NCBI GenBank assembly: GCA_965222605.1
Contig: OZ244960.1
Span: 3,392,001-3,456,000 of the forward strand
Direction: 5' to 3'
Length of the DNA stretch: 64,000 nt
From: Candidatus Latescibacterota bacterium
GTDB taxonomy: Bacteria; Latescibacterota; UBA2968
Part shown: positions 37,835 through 48,031 of the stretch, piece by piece
Layout of the letters: the number at the start of each line of letters is the position of its first letter
Position numbering within the stretch: the first letter of the stretch is position 1
Notes under the pieces: model-generated
Told to the model about the DNA's origin: nothing
Seen by the model: the letters and a program-made list of their open reading frames with translations, nothing else
The model's database searches: none
Program-made: the position numbers and the translations under genes

Positions 37835-39817
37835 TCACCAACTATGAATCAAGTGCCCCTGGTCCGGGAACCAGATAAAATCGATCAGTGCCCCCACAGA
37901 TAGGGAAAAAACAAATCCCACAATTAGACCATAGCAGGCCGGTTTGAGTCGTCGGTAAAGCTGAATTCCCCCGAATCGCAAAACGATAAACTTGACCAGC
38001 CACACGAGGAAGATATTCAGCATGTACACGCGGATCGGATACAGCGTAAATAGCATCAGTCCCAGGGGATGGGCCGGCCACCAGGGCAGTCGCGCCTGTA
38101 AAAGTCCAAATAGTACGGCTACCGCACCCCCTAAAATCCAGGTCGTCGCTTTGGCCAGGTCAAATACTGGACGCTGCGTATTGGCCACCTCGCCGGCAAT
38201 GCGGTTGAGGGTGCTTCGGGGCGCCCGCCGCATCAACCATTCGTCCATGTGAATTCCGCCGAACTGATAACATAGCCAGACTGCGTATATAATGGTGATC
38301 AGCATGCCCAGGATCACCCCGCCCCAGATCAATCCCGATGTGTTCCGGACACCTTCTCGGAGCCTGGCTACGTGGGGGATGGCCTGTGGCACTCGCCAGC
38401 CGGCCAGCAGATGGTTGTTCACCAGGCCCTGCCCCACCAGTGATGATTCCGAAAATCCCCGCGTGCCCAGCAGGTTCAGGCTGTTCGCGGGAAAGGGGGG
38501 ATAAATATAGGGGAATCCACTGGCTGCCAGAAACTTCATCGCCGCAAATAGTCCCATCGCAAATAGCCCCACCCACAGAAGTGCCAGATGCGGTTCGTAG
38601 CCTGCGTGCATTACCCAGAAGAACAAATACAAAAGGCTCCCTATCAGGATAGCCAATGCCATCCGGGGCGATAGTATTGCTGTTTCGGCCTCTTCCCCCG
38701 GTACCGATGCCCGCGCCTGCTGGAATACGCGCTTCAAGTGTCCTCGGGCTACCCACACGGCCCATACCACCAGTCCCACCATCGCTCCGCTGGTAAAAAT
38801 ATTCAGAATTTCTGCGCCATCGGCCGTTTGCCCGGCCAGCCCAATGGAAAATCCCGTGCGGTTCATCCCATATAGCGCCGTCATTGCTATTGCATAGACC
38901 GACCATATCCCGAAGAGGATGTCTAAGTTGCACAAAAACGTAAATCCCATCAAGTTGGGCAGCAGGCGAACCTGAAGCGTATTGGGCGGCAAATGCCGCG
39001 ATATGTCGATCAATCTCCGCTGGTGAATTACCCACAGTTCGTTGCGGGGAAAATCCGGCACAAACCACGATACCATATCCCACAGTTCCGGCAGGGCCGC
39101 AATAAAAAATCCCACCCAGAATGCCCATGTACGCATAAAAGGCGGCCACCCCCGGCACCGGTCAAACCCGGCGGTCAGTTCCAGCGCTACCTCTGATAGG
39201 GGAAAAGCCAGTCGCTCGTGTCGCGCCCACTGTTTTTGAAAAATCGCCGTCAGTCCCAGTCCGATGCCGGTAATCGCCAGTGCGGCCGATATAGCCCAGA
39301 AAGATGGTGCCACCCACGCGGCCCACGGCACGGCTTCGCCGTATTCCAGTCCTTCGTAAAATCCCCGCAGGACTCCGGGCGAGTCCGCCAAAAACATCCA
39401 CCAGGGCAGATCGTCAAAGATCAACTCCTGCCACCGGTTCTCTGCCGATGCGAAATACCGCGCCGCCCCTACTCGTCCAGCCCAGGCCGTGGCCCAGTTT
39501 GTGCCCGGAAACACGCCGCCTACCCACAGGGTGCAAAATAACAAGCGAAGCTCTGCCGAAGACAGCGATACCCCCGGCGAAAGCCGTTTGAGCAGGCTGT
39601 TGCCCAGCAGATAGAAGACAAATGGAAATAGTACGGCCATTGGCAATGTCGCCATTCCCATTCGCACTGTGCGAGGCTTCATCTCCACATACGTCGCCAT
39701 TACGCATGCGAGAATTAGTGTGATACCTGCCACCAGCCAGACTTGCTTGCGCACGCCCAGAGATTCAGAAGGCGCGGTGGCGGCATTGCGTCTCAGCGTT
39801 TCAGAAGGTTGAGCCAT
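37835..39817 (-). CDS. DUF6785/DUF6784 polytopic membrane protein (paralogue of 29783-31783)
   Basis: YFASAENRW, VPWAAW, W.RHERLAFPL, WWPAHPLG. Confidence 0.8.
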   Translation of the reverse strand: MAQPSETLRRNAATAPSESLGVRKQVWLVAGITLILACVMATYVEMKPRTVRMGMATLPMAVLFPFVFYLLGNSLLKRLSPGVSLSSAELRLLFCTLWVGGVFPGTNWATAWAGRVGAARYFASAENRWQELIFDDLPWWMFLADSPGVLRGFYEGLEYGEAVPWAAWVAPSFWAISAALAITGIGLGLTAIFQKQWARHERLAFPLSEVALELTAGFDRCRGWPPFMRTWAFWVGFFIAALPELWDMVSWFVPDFPRNELWVIHQRRLIDISRHLPPNTLQVRLLPNLMGFTFLCNLDILFGIWSVYAIAMTALYGMNRTGFSIGLAGQTADGAEILNIFTSGAMVGLVVWAVWVARGHLKRVFQQARASVPGEEAETAILSPRMALAILIGSLLYLFFWVMHAGYEPHLALLWVGLFAMGLFAAMKFLAASGFPYIYPPFPANSLNLLGTRGFSESSLVGQGLVNNHLLAGWRVPQAIPHVARLREGVRNTSGLIWGGVILGMLITIIYAVWLCYQFGGIHMDEWLMRRAPRSTLNRIAGEVANTQRPVFDLAKATTWILGGAVAVLFGLLQARLPWWPAHPLGLMLFTLYPIRVYMLNIFLVWLVKFIVLRFGGIQLYRRLKPACYGLIVGFVFSLSVGALIDFIWFPDQGHLIHSW

Positions 39818-40125
39818 GTCGTAAAAAAAGAAGCGTATCCCCTGCGATAGCGCATACCAGGTATGGCTCAGGATACGCTCTGGCTGTGATTTATACAAAG
39901 GAAAATCCAGAGGACCAGCGCCAATATCTGGAAATTTTATTGCAATCGCAACTATTTATTATCTAATCTATTAATAAAACTCTTGCATAGTGTAATAATG
40001 TGAAATATATTATTGGCATGCTATCATTATTTTATTAGTTATATATGCTCTTTTTCAAGTATTAAAGGAAATATAATGTATCCGCGATATATTATTTATT
40101 TTTCATTTTTTCAGGAGGAAATCTT

Positions 40126-43100
40126 ATGAAAAAGATTGCAATAGTGTTTCTCGTTATTCTGTGTTCGGCATCGATGGTATATGCCGGCACAACCGGTAAA
40201 CTTACCGGGACCGTCAAAGATGCAGCCGGACAAGTTTTGCCCGGTGCAAATGTCGTCGTACAGGTAGAGGGCATTCTGGTGGGTGCTTCTACCGATGCGA
40301 AAGGACAGTTCTTCATTCTGGCCGTTCCGCCGGGCCTGCATACTGTCAAGGCATCGATGGTCGGATACCAGGATGTCACGCAGACCGAGGTTCGCGTGAA
40401 AATTGACCAGACATCGACGCTGTACTTTAGCCTCCGCGAAGAGGTCCTCGCTGCAGAAGAATTGGTTGTTGTGGCCGAACGGCCACCCGTCGAAGTCGAT
40501 TTGACCGGTAGCAAAGCCGTCATGTCATCTATCGAACTCGATCGGAGCTTTGTCGCCAGTATCAAGGAGGCTGTAGATACGCAGCAGGGCGTCAACTACA
40601 ACGGCGGCATCCGCGGTGGGTTCGGGCTGGATGTTTCATATTATGTAGATGGTATGGAGTTGCGCGATGGAGCGTCCAACTCCAACTGGACGGGTATCAA
40701 CACTTCCACGGTGCAGGAACTGGAGGTCCTGTCGGGCGGGTACAATGCCGAATACGGCCGCGCCAATGGCGCTGTGATCAATATGGTGACCAAATCATCG
40801 AGGACCAGGGTACACAGTACGCTCGATTACAAAATGCGCCCCGCTGGCATCTATCACTGGGGCGGGCACATTTACGGCCCTGAGCGCTACGAGAACCGCG
40901 TGATGAGCAACCCGGACTGGTGGAATAATCACCCACCACCCGGCTGGTTTGGGACGGGCCACGTCACTGCGGCAGACGAGTATAAGAAGGGACTTCGCGA
41001 TAACCGCGATGGCGTGAATACGACCCTGGCGCAGCACTGGATCATGAACTACCTGACTTTGCCTTGGATACAGGACTTAAAAGAGTACGACAAACGCACG
41101 CAGCACGGATATGAAGGCACGCTCTACGGTCCCCTGACCAAAAGGGCTTCTTTTATGGCGTCAGGCAGGTACCACAAGGGCGTTCCCAAGTATCCTTCCG
41201 CATTGAATTACAACCCGGAATGGAACTTACAGGGATCCCTGACTTTTGATGTCACTCAAAATTCGAGGGTCAAACTTCAGGGGATGCACGGCGGGTTTAA
41301 CAATACGGATCAGTTCCGCACGCTGTACGGTTCCAGCGAGGACAACGGCCTGTGGCAGAACCGCAGCGGTGCGCATATTGCGTATCCCTCCAATAGCTGG
41401 AAATTTTTTCCCTTTGTGGCTCAGGGCACCCCGAGTCCGACCCCCCGATCGCCCGAATACGTGCGGATGTGGAGCGGACAGGCAAAGCTGATCCATATTT
41501 TTGACCCCAGAACATTTCTGGATGTCAATTTGAGCTACTTCTGGTATTTCCGCGAAGCCAATTACAGGCGGGACAATTTGTGGAAGACCAGCCACGCCGC
41601 CTATTCGAAGGGCTTTGATTGGAACGAAGTGCTGGTGGAGGAGGAAAACAAGCGCCTGACCAGGGGTACGCCATTTCGCGGTGTCGGCAGAATCTCTGGG
41701 GTTCCCGGTTGGGGCCTCAACTACCCGGGCGACCACGCCCAGGATTACGCCAAGGCCTATAACTATACCATCAAGGCCGACTTTACCAAGCAGGTCGATG
41801 AAGTGCATCAGCTGAAGGCCGGGCTATACGGATCTTACCAGTTTTTCGACCGGTACTTCCACTTCGGGTACATCAGCACAGCCTGGGTCACAGATCCGAT
41901 CGCCCGGGATACCAATCCCTACGAGGGTGCGATCTACATTCAAGATAAGATCGAGACCCGGGGCATGATCGTAAATGCCGGGCTGCGGGTGGATATGTAC
42001 AATGTCAACGCCTATGTCGGTGATGATGTCTTCGACCCGCTGCGGATCGATGAGGATACGCCGGGCAATGTCAAACAGAGCGAGATATCCATCGGCGATC
42101 CCTATGGGTATAAGAATATTTCCAGTACTGACGAGTTTGCAGTACACACCCCCACGCAGTGGGCGATTTCGCCCAGAATCGGCATTTCCCATCCCATTAC
42201 AGATAAGACCGTGCTGCACTTTATGTACGGACATTTCAATCAGCGGCCTTCGTGGCAGAAGATGACCAACACGCCCTTTATGCAATTGAGGCCCTATCCC
42301 GAGACGGACCCCATCCTCACACCGCTGCCGGCGGACTATGGGCAGAAGTACGGCTACTCGTACACGCACTGGGCCGGCGCCGGGAATCCTGGACTGGAGT
42401 TTGAAAAAATGATCCAGTATGAGGTCGGCTTTGATCAGAACATCGCCGAATTGCTCAATCTGGACGTGACTCTGTATTACAAGGATGGCAAGAACCTGAC
42501 GGCCGCCGGATTTAAGAACGATGAGAGTTTTCTCGCCTATTACGGAACATATACCGGTACGGGCCACCGCTTGTTCCCCGATTTTAACGGCCTGGGGTCC
42601 AGGGGACCGGGCAAGAGCGGGAGTCTGGTGGTTAACGGCAATATGTTTTTCCAGGATGTGCGCGGGCTGGAAATAACGATGGATAGCCGCTTCCGACAGT
42701 ATGCCCACTTCAAGTTCCACTACAATCTGTCTTACTCGAATACCGGCATCTATGGACTGCGGAATGTCTATCGCGTCCAGCCGGATGGCCAGAAGGCGCG
42801 TCCGGACAGTCGTCACGGCGCGAACAACAGGGATAAGGGGGTATCTGGTAGAGACAACGCGTACTGGAACCCTCGGAACAGTGCCAAATTGACGGCTACG
42901 GTGTTTACACCGGCGAATTTCGGACCTGTGGTGGGCGGTTGGAGACCTCTGGGTGATTGGAACGCGAACCTGCATTCCACCTGGAATCAGGGCTTCAAAT
43001 ACACCTATCACTCGCCGGGCGATCCATCTACTGAGCCGTTGAACATGCGGTGGAAACCCATGTGGAATACCAACATGATGGTCTCGAAGGGATTTGACAA

Positions 43101-43335
43101 TATTATTCCGGGCACGCGAACGGAAATCAATGTCACGGTGATCAATCTCTTCAATCAGAAACAACTGCGCCTCCCCTCGGGCAACAATCTGCAGCAATAC
43201 CACGAGCAGGGCAGGCTGCCATTTGTCGTGTATGGCATCGGCGACTTCCGGGAGGAAGAGGACGATGTCTGGCGTTGGTACAACCAGCGGCAGATGCCGC
43301 GCGAGGTGATATTTGGCGTTCAGGTGAGGTGGTAG
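40126..43335 (+). CDS. TonB-dependent receptor with N-terminal carboxypeptidase-regulatory-like domain
   Basis: Signal peptide, GTTGKLTGTVKD, plug IRGG / GGYNAEYG, SPRIGISHPI, C-terminal W. Confidence 0.93.
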   Translation: MKKIAIVFLVILCSASMVYAGTTGKLTGTVKDAAGQVLPGANVVVQVEGILVGASTDAKGQFFILAVPPGLHTVKASMVGYQDVTQTEVRVKIDQTSTLYFSLREEVLAAEELVVVAERPPVEVDLTGSKAVMSSIELDRSFVASIKEAVDTQQGVNYNGGIRGGFGLDVSYYVDGMELRDGASNSNWTGINTSTVQELEVLSGGYNAEYGRANGAVINMVTKSSRTRVHSTLDYKMRPAGIYHWGGHIYGPERYENRVMSNPDWWNNHPPPGWFGTGHVTAADEYKKGLRDNRDGVNTTLAQHWIMNYLTLPWIQDLKEYDKRTQHGYEGTLYGPLTKRASFMASGRYHKGVPKYPSALNYNPEWNLQGSLTFDVTQNSRVKLQGMHGGFNNTDQFRTLYGSSEDNGLWQNRSGAHIAYPSNSWKFFPFVAQGTPSPTPRSPEYVRMWSGQAKLIHIFDPRTFLDVNLSYFWYFREANYRRDNLWKTSHAAYSKGFDWNEVLVEEENKRLTRGTPFRGVGRISGVPGWGLNYPGDHAQDYAKAYNYTIKADFTKQVDEVHQLKAGLYGSYQFFDRYFHFGYISTAWVTDPIARDTNPYEGAIYIQDKIETRGMIVNAGLRVDMYNVNAYVGDDVFDPLRIDEDTPGNVKQSEISIGDPYGYKNISSTDEFAVHTPTQWAISPRIGISHPITDKTVLHFMYGHFNQRPSWQKMTNTPFMQLRPYPETDPILTPLPADYGQKYGYSYTHWAGAGNPGLEFEKMIQYEVGFDQNIAELLNLDVTLYYKDGKNLTAAGFKNDESFLAYYGTYTGTGHRLFPDFNGLGSRGPGKSGSLVVNGNMFFQDVRGLEITMDSRFRQYAHFKFHYNLSYSNTGIYGLRNVYRVQPDGQKARPDSRHGANNRDKGVSGRDNAYWNPRNSAKLTATVFTPANFGPVVGGWRPLGDWNANLHSTWNQGFKYTYHSPGDPSTEPLNMRWKPMWNTNMMVSKGFDNIIPGTRTEINVTVINLFNQKQLRLPSGNNLQQYHEQGRLPFVVYGIGDFREEEDDVWRWYNQRQMPREVIFGVQVRW

Positions 43336-43368
43336 AGCCGTTTATAGCCGAAAGGAGAGAAGTGATTT

Positions 43369-45486
43369 ATGCGCTCAGATTTCAGGCGGTTTAGATGGGC
43401 ACTGTTGACCTCGCTGCTCGGGTTGGCGGTTGCCGCGTCCGCGGTGCGGGCACAGAATGTGAATAACGAGGCCCTGACACGGGCGAAAATGTGGATGGAA
43501 TCCTATGAAGCGGGCATTCCGGTTTCGGGCAGTATTGCAGGATGCGGACAGATCTCGTATCCCGGTTATCAGGGGAGTCTCAAAAATTCTTTGAATGGTG
43601 CGGGTTCCTGGACCACAGGCTCGGTGCGGGCGGTGCGGAACGACAGCTCTTTCGTGCATGGGTTTGATGGCAACCAGTACCAGCCTCCCTGGGTCAGCAT
43701 CGGTGAACCCACGAGGATTATTAAGAATTACAATTTTGTTGAAAGGGGTATCCATTTCCCGGAAGAGGTTATGGAGGGGGGGCTGATTTCGAATCATACC
43801 GGGTGGCCCCCTGGAACCGACGCAGACAACCTGAAGTATATCCTCAGGTCCCGAAGTATGGTCTGGAGCATTCCCAAATATGACGATTTCGTCATTACGG
43901 AATACACGATTATCAATGACGACGCAGCCCCTTTTCGCAACATGTTCTTCATCCACAGCTTTACGGTGCAGGTCACGCGGCAGGGCCGCGTTGGAGAGTT
44001 GAAAACCCAGTATGATACCGAATATATCTGGGATGAAAAACGAGAGGTCTTCGTGTTCTACGATGATAACTCCATTCCGATCAATACCGAGCGGGCAGTC
44101 GTTTACGATATCGCACCGGGTAATGTCACGGGAGATGTTGGAGATCCGGGCAATATCAAGAGCCAGGGATCGATCGACTATCAGCTCTATTCTCCCCAGG
44201 TCGTCGGACACGGGTTTGTGGATGTGCCGCCCAATGCGTTCGGCGAGTCTAAGGTACACCACTCAATCACCAATTACGACTGGAGTCTTTCCCCCACTGG
44301 CGTACATCCGACGGCGCCAGAGGCGGAAAATGCAAAATGGGTGTGGGGAACAGGCCGTCCAAATGTGTTAAACCTCGATATCCGTTCGGATATGCCCAGT
44401 CCGTTCGCCTATTCCCAGTCGAAAATGAGCTATCGGGCAGCCGCACAGGATCCAACGACTACAGATGGTGGCATCTACGAACGATGGCCGGTCTATGCTA
44501 TGGCCATTGGACCGTACAATCTGGCCCCCGGAGAGTCGATCACATTTACCCGGATCATGTGTGCCGGGGAAATGGACCGCAACCTCGCTATGCTGGGCGG
44601 CGAAGCGGCCACGCAACTGATCGACATGGACTTTGCAAGTGAGGTGGAAGGAGCGAGTAATGAACACGCTTCCATCAAGGAATTTCGCAAGAACTGGGAC
44701 GCGGCCCTGGAATTGATCGAAACCAGGAACGCGACGGGCTTTTACACCCCGGCTGTGGTTCCCCCGCCTACCGTGGGCAATCCGCCCAAGATGCTTTTGG
44801 GTGATGAACTGGAAGCGGAGATTTTCAAATCCGAGGAAGGCGGGTCGTTCAAGTCCGGCGTCGAACTCCGGTGGATACCCGTTGCGAGCAATTATGTAGA
44901 TCCGCTCACGGGCGAAGCCGATTTTGCAGGCTACAAGGTGTATTCGTCCCCCGTCGGCATCGAAGGTCCCTGGGAGTTGCGGGCCACCATCAACAAAGGC
45001 CAGGAGAACATCCAGGACGGGCGGGTGGTTTTCCCACTTGAAACCGATCCCGGCATTCCACTGCGCTATGGCGTGACCAGTTTTGATACGCAAGGACTGG
45101 AAAGCGGCATGACGGCTTATACCTACGATTCGATCACGTCGAAGCGAGCACCCTCAAACGTTTTTGAAGATGTGCGCGTGGTGCCCAATCCCTTCCGACA
45201 GGTCAGTGGACATCCCGATCCCGGGCAGGCCAAGCGGTTGACATTTGTGAATGTGCCGTCGCAATGTACTGTTCGTATCTACAATCTGGCGGGAGATTTG
45301 ATTCGCACCATCCAGCACAATGACGGATTCGGCGAAGAAGCCTGGGGATCGACCACGGATAACGATTATATGCTCACGCGGTTTTTCCACAATGTGATGC
45401 CAGGGCTTTATATTTATCAGATAACTTCGGAAGTGCCCGGACATGAAGGCGAATCTGCTACGGGCAAATTCGTCGTCATCAAATAA
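43369..45486 (+). CDS. Secreted protein with T9SS-type C-terminal sorting domain
   Basis: Signal peptide; DFAGYKVY; CTD VRVVPNPF...FVNVPSQCTVRIYNLAGDLIRTI...GLYIY...GKFVVIK. Confidence 0.8.
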   Translation: MRSDFRRFRWALLTSLLGLAVAASAVRAQNVNNEALTRAKMWMESYEAGIPVSGSIAGCGQISYPGYQGSLKNSLNGAGSWTTGSVRAVRNDSSFVHGFDGNQYQPPWVSIGEPTRIIKNYNFVERGIHFPEEVMEGGLISNHTGWPPGTDADNLKYILRSRSMVWSIPKYDDFVITEYTIINDDAAPFRNMFFIHSFTVQVTRQGRVGELKTQYDTEYIWDEKREVFVFYDDNSIPINTERAVVYDIAPGNVTGDVGDPGNIKSQGSIDYQLYSPQVVGHGFVDVPPNAFGESKVHHSITNYDWSLSPTGVHPTAPEAENAKWVWGTGRPNVLNLDIRSDMPSPFAYSQSKMSYRAAAQDPTTTDGGIYERWPVYAMAIGPYNLAPGESITFTRIMCAGEMDRNLAMLGGEAATQLIDMDFASEVEGASNEHASIKEFRKNWDAALELIETRNATGFYTPAVVPPPTVGNPPKMLLGDELEAEIFKSEEGGSFKSGVELRWIPVASNYVDPLTGEADFAGYKVYSSPVGIEGPWELRATINKGQENIQDGRVVFPLETDPGIPLRYGVTSFDTQGLESGMTAYTYDSITSKRAPSNVFEDVRVVPNPFRQVSGHPDPGQAKRLTFVNVPSQCTVRIYNLAGDLIRTIQHNDGFGEEAWGSTTDNDYMLTRFFHNVMPGLYIYQITSEVPGHEGESATGKFVVIK

Positions 45487-45516
45487 CCCTGTTACGGATA
45501 ATTGGAGGGCATAATA

Positions 45517-46584
45517 ATGAATCGCCATTTCTACATCTTATTCGCAATATTGGCCGTATTCGTCCTGCCGCACAGGGCCAGCGGGCAGAGCACCTACGGC
45601 GAACAGGCATTTGGCCTGGGCATTTCGCCAGCGCCTTTTGAACGCGTTGGCATGTCCGGTTGGCAGTTTCTGAAAATTCCGACCAGTGCCCGCATCGCTG
45701 CTATGGGCGGTGTGGCTACCGCCATCAGCCACGGCGATGCCAGTTTTGCATTCAACAATCCGGCTTCTACAACAGATGTTGAAGACTTAGATATTTTCGT
45801 GGGTAGAATCAACTGGATTGCCGATATCGGATACAATGTGGGCAGTGTTGTCAAAAACCTGGACCAGTGGGGCTATGTGGGGATCAACGCGACCGCTCTG
45901 GATTACGGCACAATGTACCGCACAGAAAATATTGAAGTTCTGGATGCTGCGGGCAGGCGCACTGGCAACGTATCCATCAATCTGGACGAAGGCACATTTA
46001 GCGGCGGCAATCTCTCCATTGGCCTGACTTATGGCAGGAAAGTGACAGACCGGCTGCAAATCGGTGGTAACCTGCGCTATATGGAAGAACAATTAGACGA
46101 TGTGCAGGGGGCAAAAACGTCCAACTGGGCACTGGATATCGGCACTGTGTATTACACGGGGATCAAAAGCTTGCGGATTGCAATGGTCGGTCGGAATTTC
46201 GGTCCGGATACGCAGTTCTCCCAATACGACGAACGCATCCAGACGCCTCCGGTCAATGTCCGCATGCCCATGACATTTTCACTGGGCGCCGCCATTGATT
46301 TGTTCGAGGATGAAGAAGATCCGCATTTCATGACCGTCGTGGGCGAATTTGTACACCCGAACGATGGTCGGGAAAAATTGAATTTTGGTGCGGAGTACAC
46401 TTATAATAATATGGGGATTTTACGGGCTGGATACAGGTACAACTACGATGAGGAGGGGTTGACGATTGGGGCGGGTGTTCGGCACAGCACAGGACAACTG
46501 GGCCTGCGCGTGGACTATGCCCTCGTGGATTTCGGGCGGTTGAACTATGTGCATCTCGTAACCCTCGGTATTACCTATAAGTAG
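45517..46584 (+). CDS. PorV/PorQ-family outer-membrane beta-barrel
   Basis: QFLKIPTSARIAAMGG, NNPA, DIGTVY, NFGPD, GAEY, LRAGY, VDYA. Confidence 0.88.
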   Translation: MNRHFYILFAILAVFVLPHRASGQSTYGEQAFGLGISPAPFERVGMSGWQFLKIPTSARIAAMGGVATAISHGDASFAFNNPASTTDVEDLDIFVGRINWIADIGYNVGSVVKNLDQWGYVGINATALDYGTMYRTENIEVLDAAGRRTGNVSINLDEGTFSGGNLSIGLTYGRKVTDRLQIGGNLRYMEEQLDDVQGAKTSNWALDIGTVYYTGIKSLRIAMVGRNFGPDTQFSQYDERIQTPPVNVRMPMTFSLGAAIDLFEDEEDPHFMTVVGEFVHPNDGREKLNFGAEYTYNNMGILRAGYRYNYDEEGLTIGAGVRHSTGQLGLRVDYALVDFGRLNYVHLVTLGITYK

Positions 46585-46610
46585 AATCGTTCTGAGATTC
46601 GCAAGTATGG

Positions 46611-46652
46611 AACCGCCAGTGCAATAAAACCTTGCACTGGCGGTTGTTTTTT
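46611..46652 (+). terminator. Intrinsic terminator of TBDR operon
   Basis: aaccgccagtgcaa-taaaacc-ttgcactggcggtt followed by gtttttt. Confidence 0.88.
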
Positions 46653-46719
46653 GTCTGCGGTGAAGAGTGTCTTGAATTGGGTGAATCGGACGGGATACGG
46701 TTGAGCGGTTTAAAGGCTA

Positions 46720-46991
46720 TCAAGCCGGGCTGTGATGTTCTGTTCGAGAGACTACAGGGGCAACCTCTCGAATGGCATCCCAATCAATCACAGCAACCCA
46801 CAAATTTTCTTTTTTCGAGTATCTAACCACACCATCAACTTCTAAATCCTCGCTGTAAAGGATCGGTGATTGCCCTTCTTCCAGAAAAATTTCTGACATG
46901 CAAGGTCTTCCACGGTCCCAACGCAGTTTAAACGCAACCTGCCTTGTGCATCCGCGTTGTGAAAGTCTGTGAACACTCTTGGTTTGTTCAT
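46720..46991 (-). pseudogene. Small hypothetical gene with 1-bp frameshift
   Basis: MNKPRVFTDFHNADAQGRLRLNCVGTVEDL continues after a shift in an A/T run as IFLEEGQSPILYSEDLEVDGVV...IDWDAIRE. Confidence 0.55.
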
Positions 46992-47030
46992 TTTTAATTC
47001 TCCCGTGCAGGAAAGGAAATATAGCCCCTG

Positions 47031-47343
47031 TCAGGCATCTGTCAACACCTGACGCTCTAAAACGCGCACCTCGGCCCTCCAATCGCTCACCGAGGCGATC
47101 TTTCTCCAACTCCAAATTGTAGCGCGTCTGCAGATTGAGCCAGAACTGATCTGTGGTCCCGAAGTATCGCGCCAGCCGAAGTGCTGTGTTTGCCGAAATA
47201 GCGCGTTTGCCGTGAACAATCTCGTTAATCCGGCGAGGGGGAACTGAAATGTCCTTTGCCAGACGATATTGGCTAATACTCAGAGGCTCGAGAAATTCCT
47301 CGAGCAGGATCTCTCCCGGATGAATTGGGGGCATTGTAGGCAT
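47031..47343 (-). pseudogene. higA: HigA family antitoxin with 1-bp insertion near C-terminus
   Basis: PPIHPGEILLEEFLEPL...RINEIVHGKRAIS.NTALRLARYFGT..QFWLNLQ; natural tail AEVRVLERQVLTDA* lies in another frame, so the 207-aa ORF is a chimera. Confidence 0.85.
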
Positions 47344-47352
47344 AGATACCTC

Positions 47353-47398
47353 CTAATGGTAATCGACGATCCCCACCTGTTTCTGTGGTATTTCCATC
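47353..47398 (-). pseudogene. C-terminal remnant of HigB/RelE toxin
   Basis: ...QVGIVDYH* immediately upstream of higA matches the VEIVDYH* end typical of HigB toxins. Confidence 0.65.
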
Positions 47399-47756
47399 AC
47401 GTCTCATATTCCCTTGCCAGGAGCGTTTCGACTTTTTGTAAAACCGCATCCACTATCTCCGTGGGCAAAGGACATATCAACGATGCATTTCTCGCCTGCC
47501 AATCCATGTTCTTGACCTGATCTGACAGAATAACACCCGTCACATCTAACCCCGCAGGAATGGCGACCTCAAAGGGATATCCCTTCACTTGATTGGTAAT
47601 TGGGCAGAGTATTGCCAAATGGGTCTTGCCATTATAAGCGCCCGGTGAGAGTACAACGGCGGGGCGACGTCCGGCTTGCTCATGTCCGGCTTGTGGATTG
47701 AAGTTAATCCAGACCGCATCGCCACGCTGTGGGACGTACTCGTCTGGCTTCACCAT
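47397..47756 (-). CDS. mazF: MazF/PemK endoribonuclease toxin
   Basis: YVPQRGD.VW.NFNPQAGHEQAGRRPAVVLSP, CPIT, GYPFEV, DQVK. Confidence 0.93.
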   Translation of the reverse strand: MVKPDEYVPQRGDAVWINFNPQAGHEQAGRRPAVVLSPGAYNGKTHLAILCPITNQVKGYPFEVAIPAGLDVTGVILSDQVKNMDWQARNASLICPLPTEIVDAVLQKVETLLAREYET

Positions 47757-47992
47757 ATTTCACCGCCTATCGCAGGTCCAGTATCTACTTCACCGTGTAA
47801 GTTGTGTTCAGTCACCTGAGATAGAAGGTCGTCCAATTTCAATTTAGACGGTTTCACAGGTTCAATGACCAACTCCTTACCACGCAGCGATAATTCGACC
47901 GGTGAATTGGGTTCAAGCCCGATCTGGATAGCGAGTAGTTTGGGAATACGCAGGGCTAAACTATTGCCCCATTTTTGCACACGGGTTTCCAT
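47750..47992 (-). CDS. mazE: MazE/AbrB antitoxin
   Basis: VQKWGNSLALRIPK...LDDLLSQVT..NLHGEVD.G.AIGGEIW. Confidence 0.92.
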   Translation of the reverse strand: METRVQKWGNSLALRIPKLLAIQIGLEPNSPVELSLRGKELVIEPVKPSKLKLDDLLSQVTEHNLHGEVDTGPAIGGEIW

Positions 47993-48011
47993 ATTTTTCC
48001 TCCTTTGAGTA

Positions 48012-48031
48012 GTAGATACAATGAAGATACA
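48012..48031 (-). promoter_or_regulatory. Probable MazE operator
   Basis: Tandem TGTATCT boxes including GTATCTAC just upstream of the mazE RBS. Confidence 0.45.

Noticed and set aside
40014-40030. sigma54 promoter for the TBDR operon (TGGCAT...)
   Set aside because: No TTGC at the -12 position.
41824-43203. 459-aa minus-strand ORF
   Set aside because: Antisense shadow of the TonB-dependent receptor.
46720-47343. 207-aa HigA fusion protein
   Set aside because: An artefact of two separate 1-bp frameshifts joining higA to the tail of a downstream small gene.
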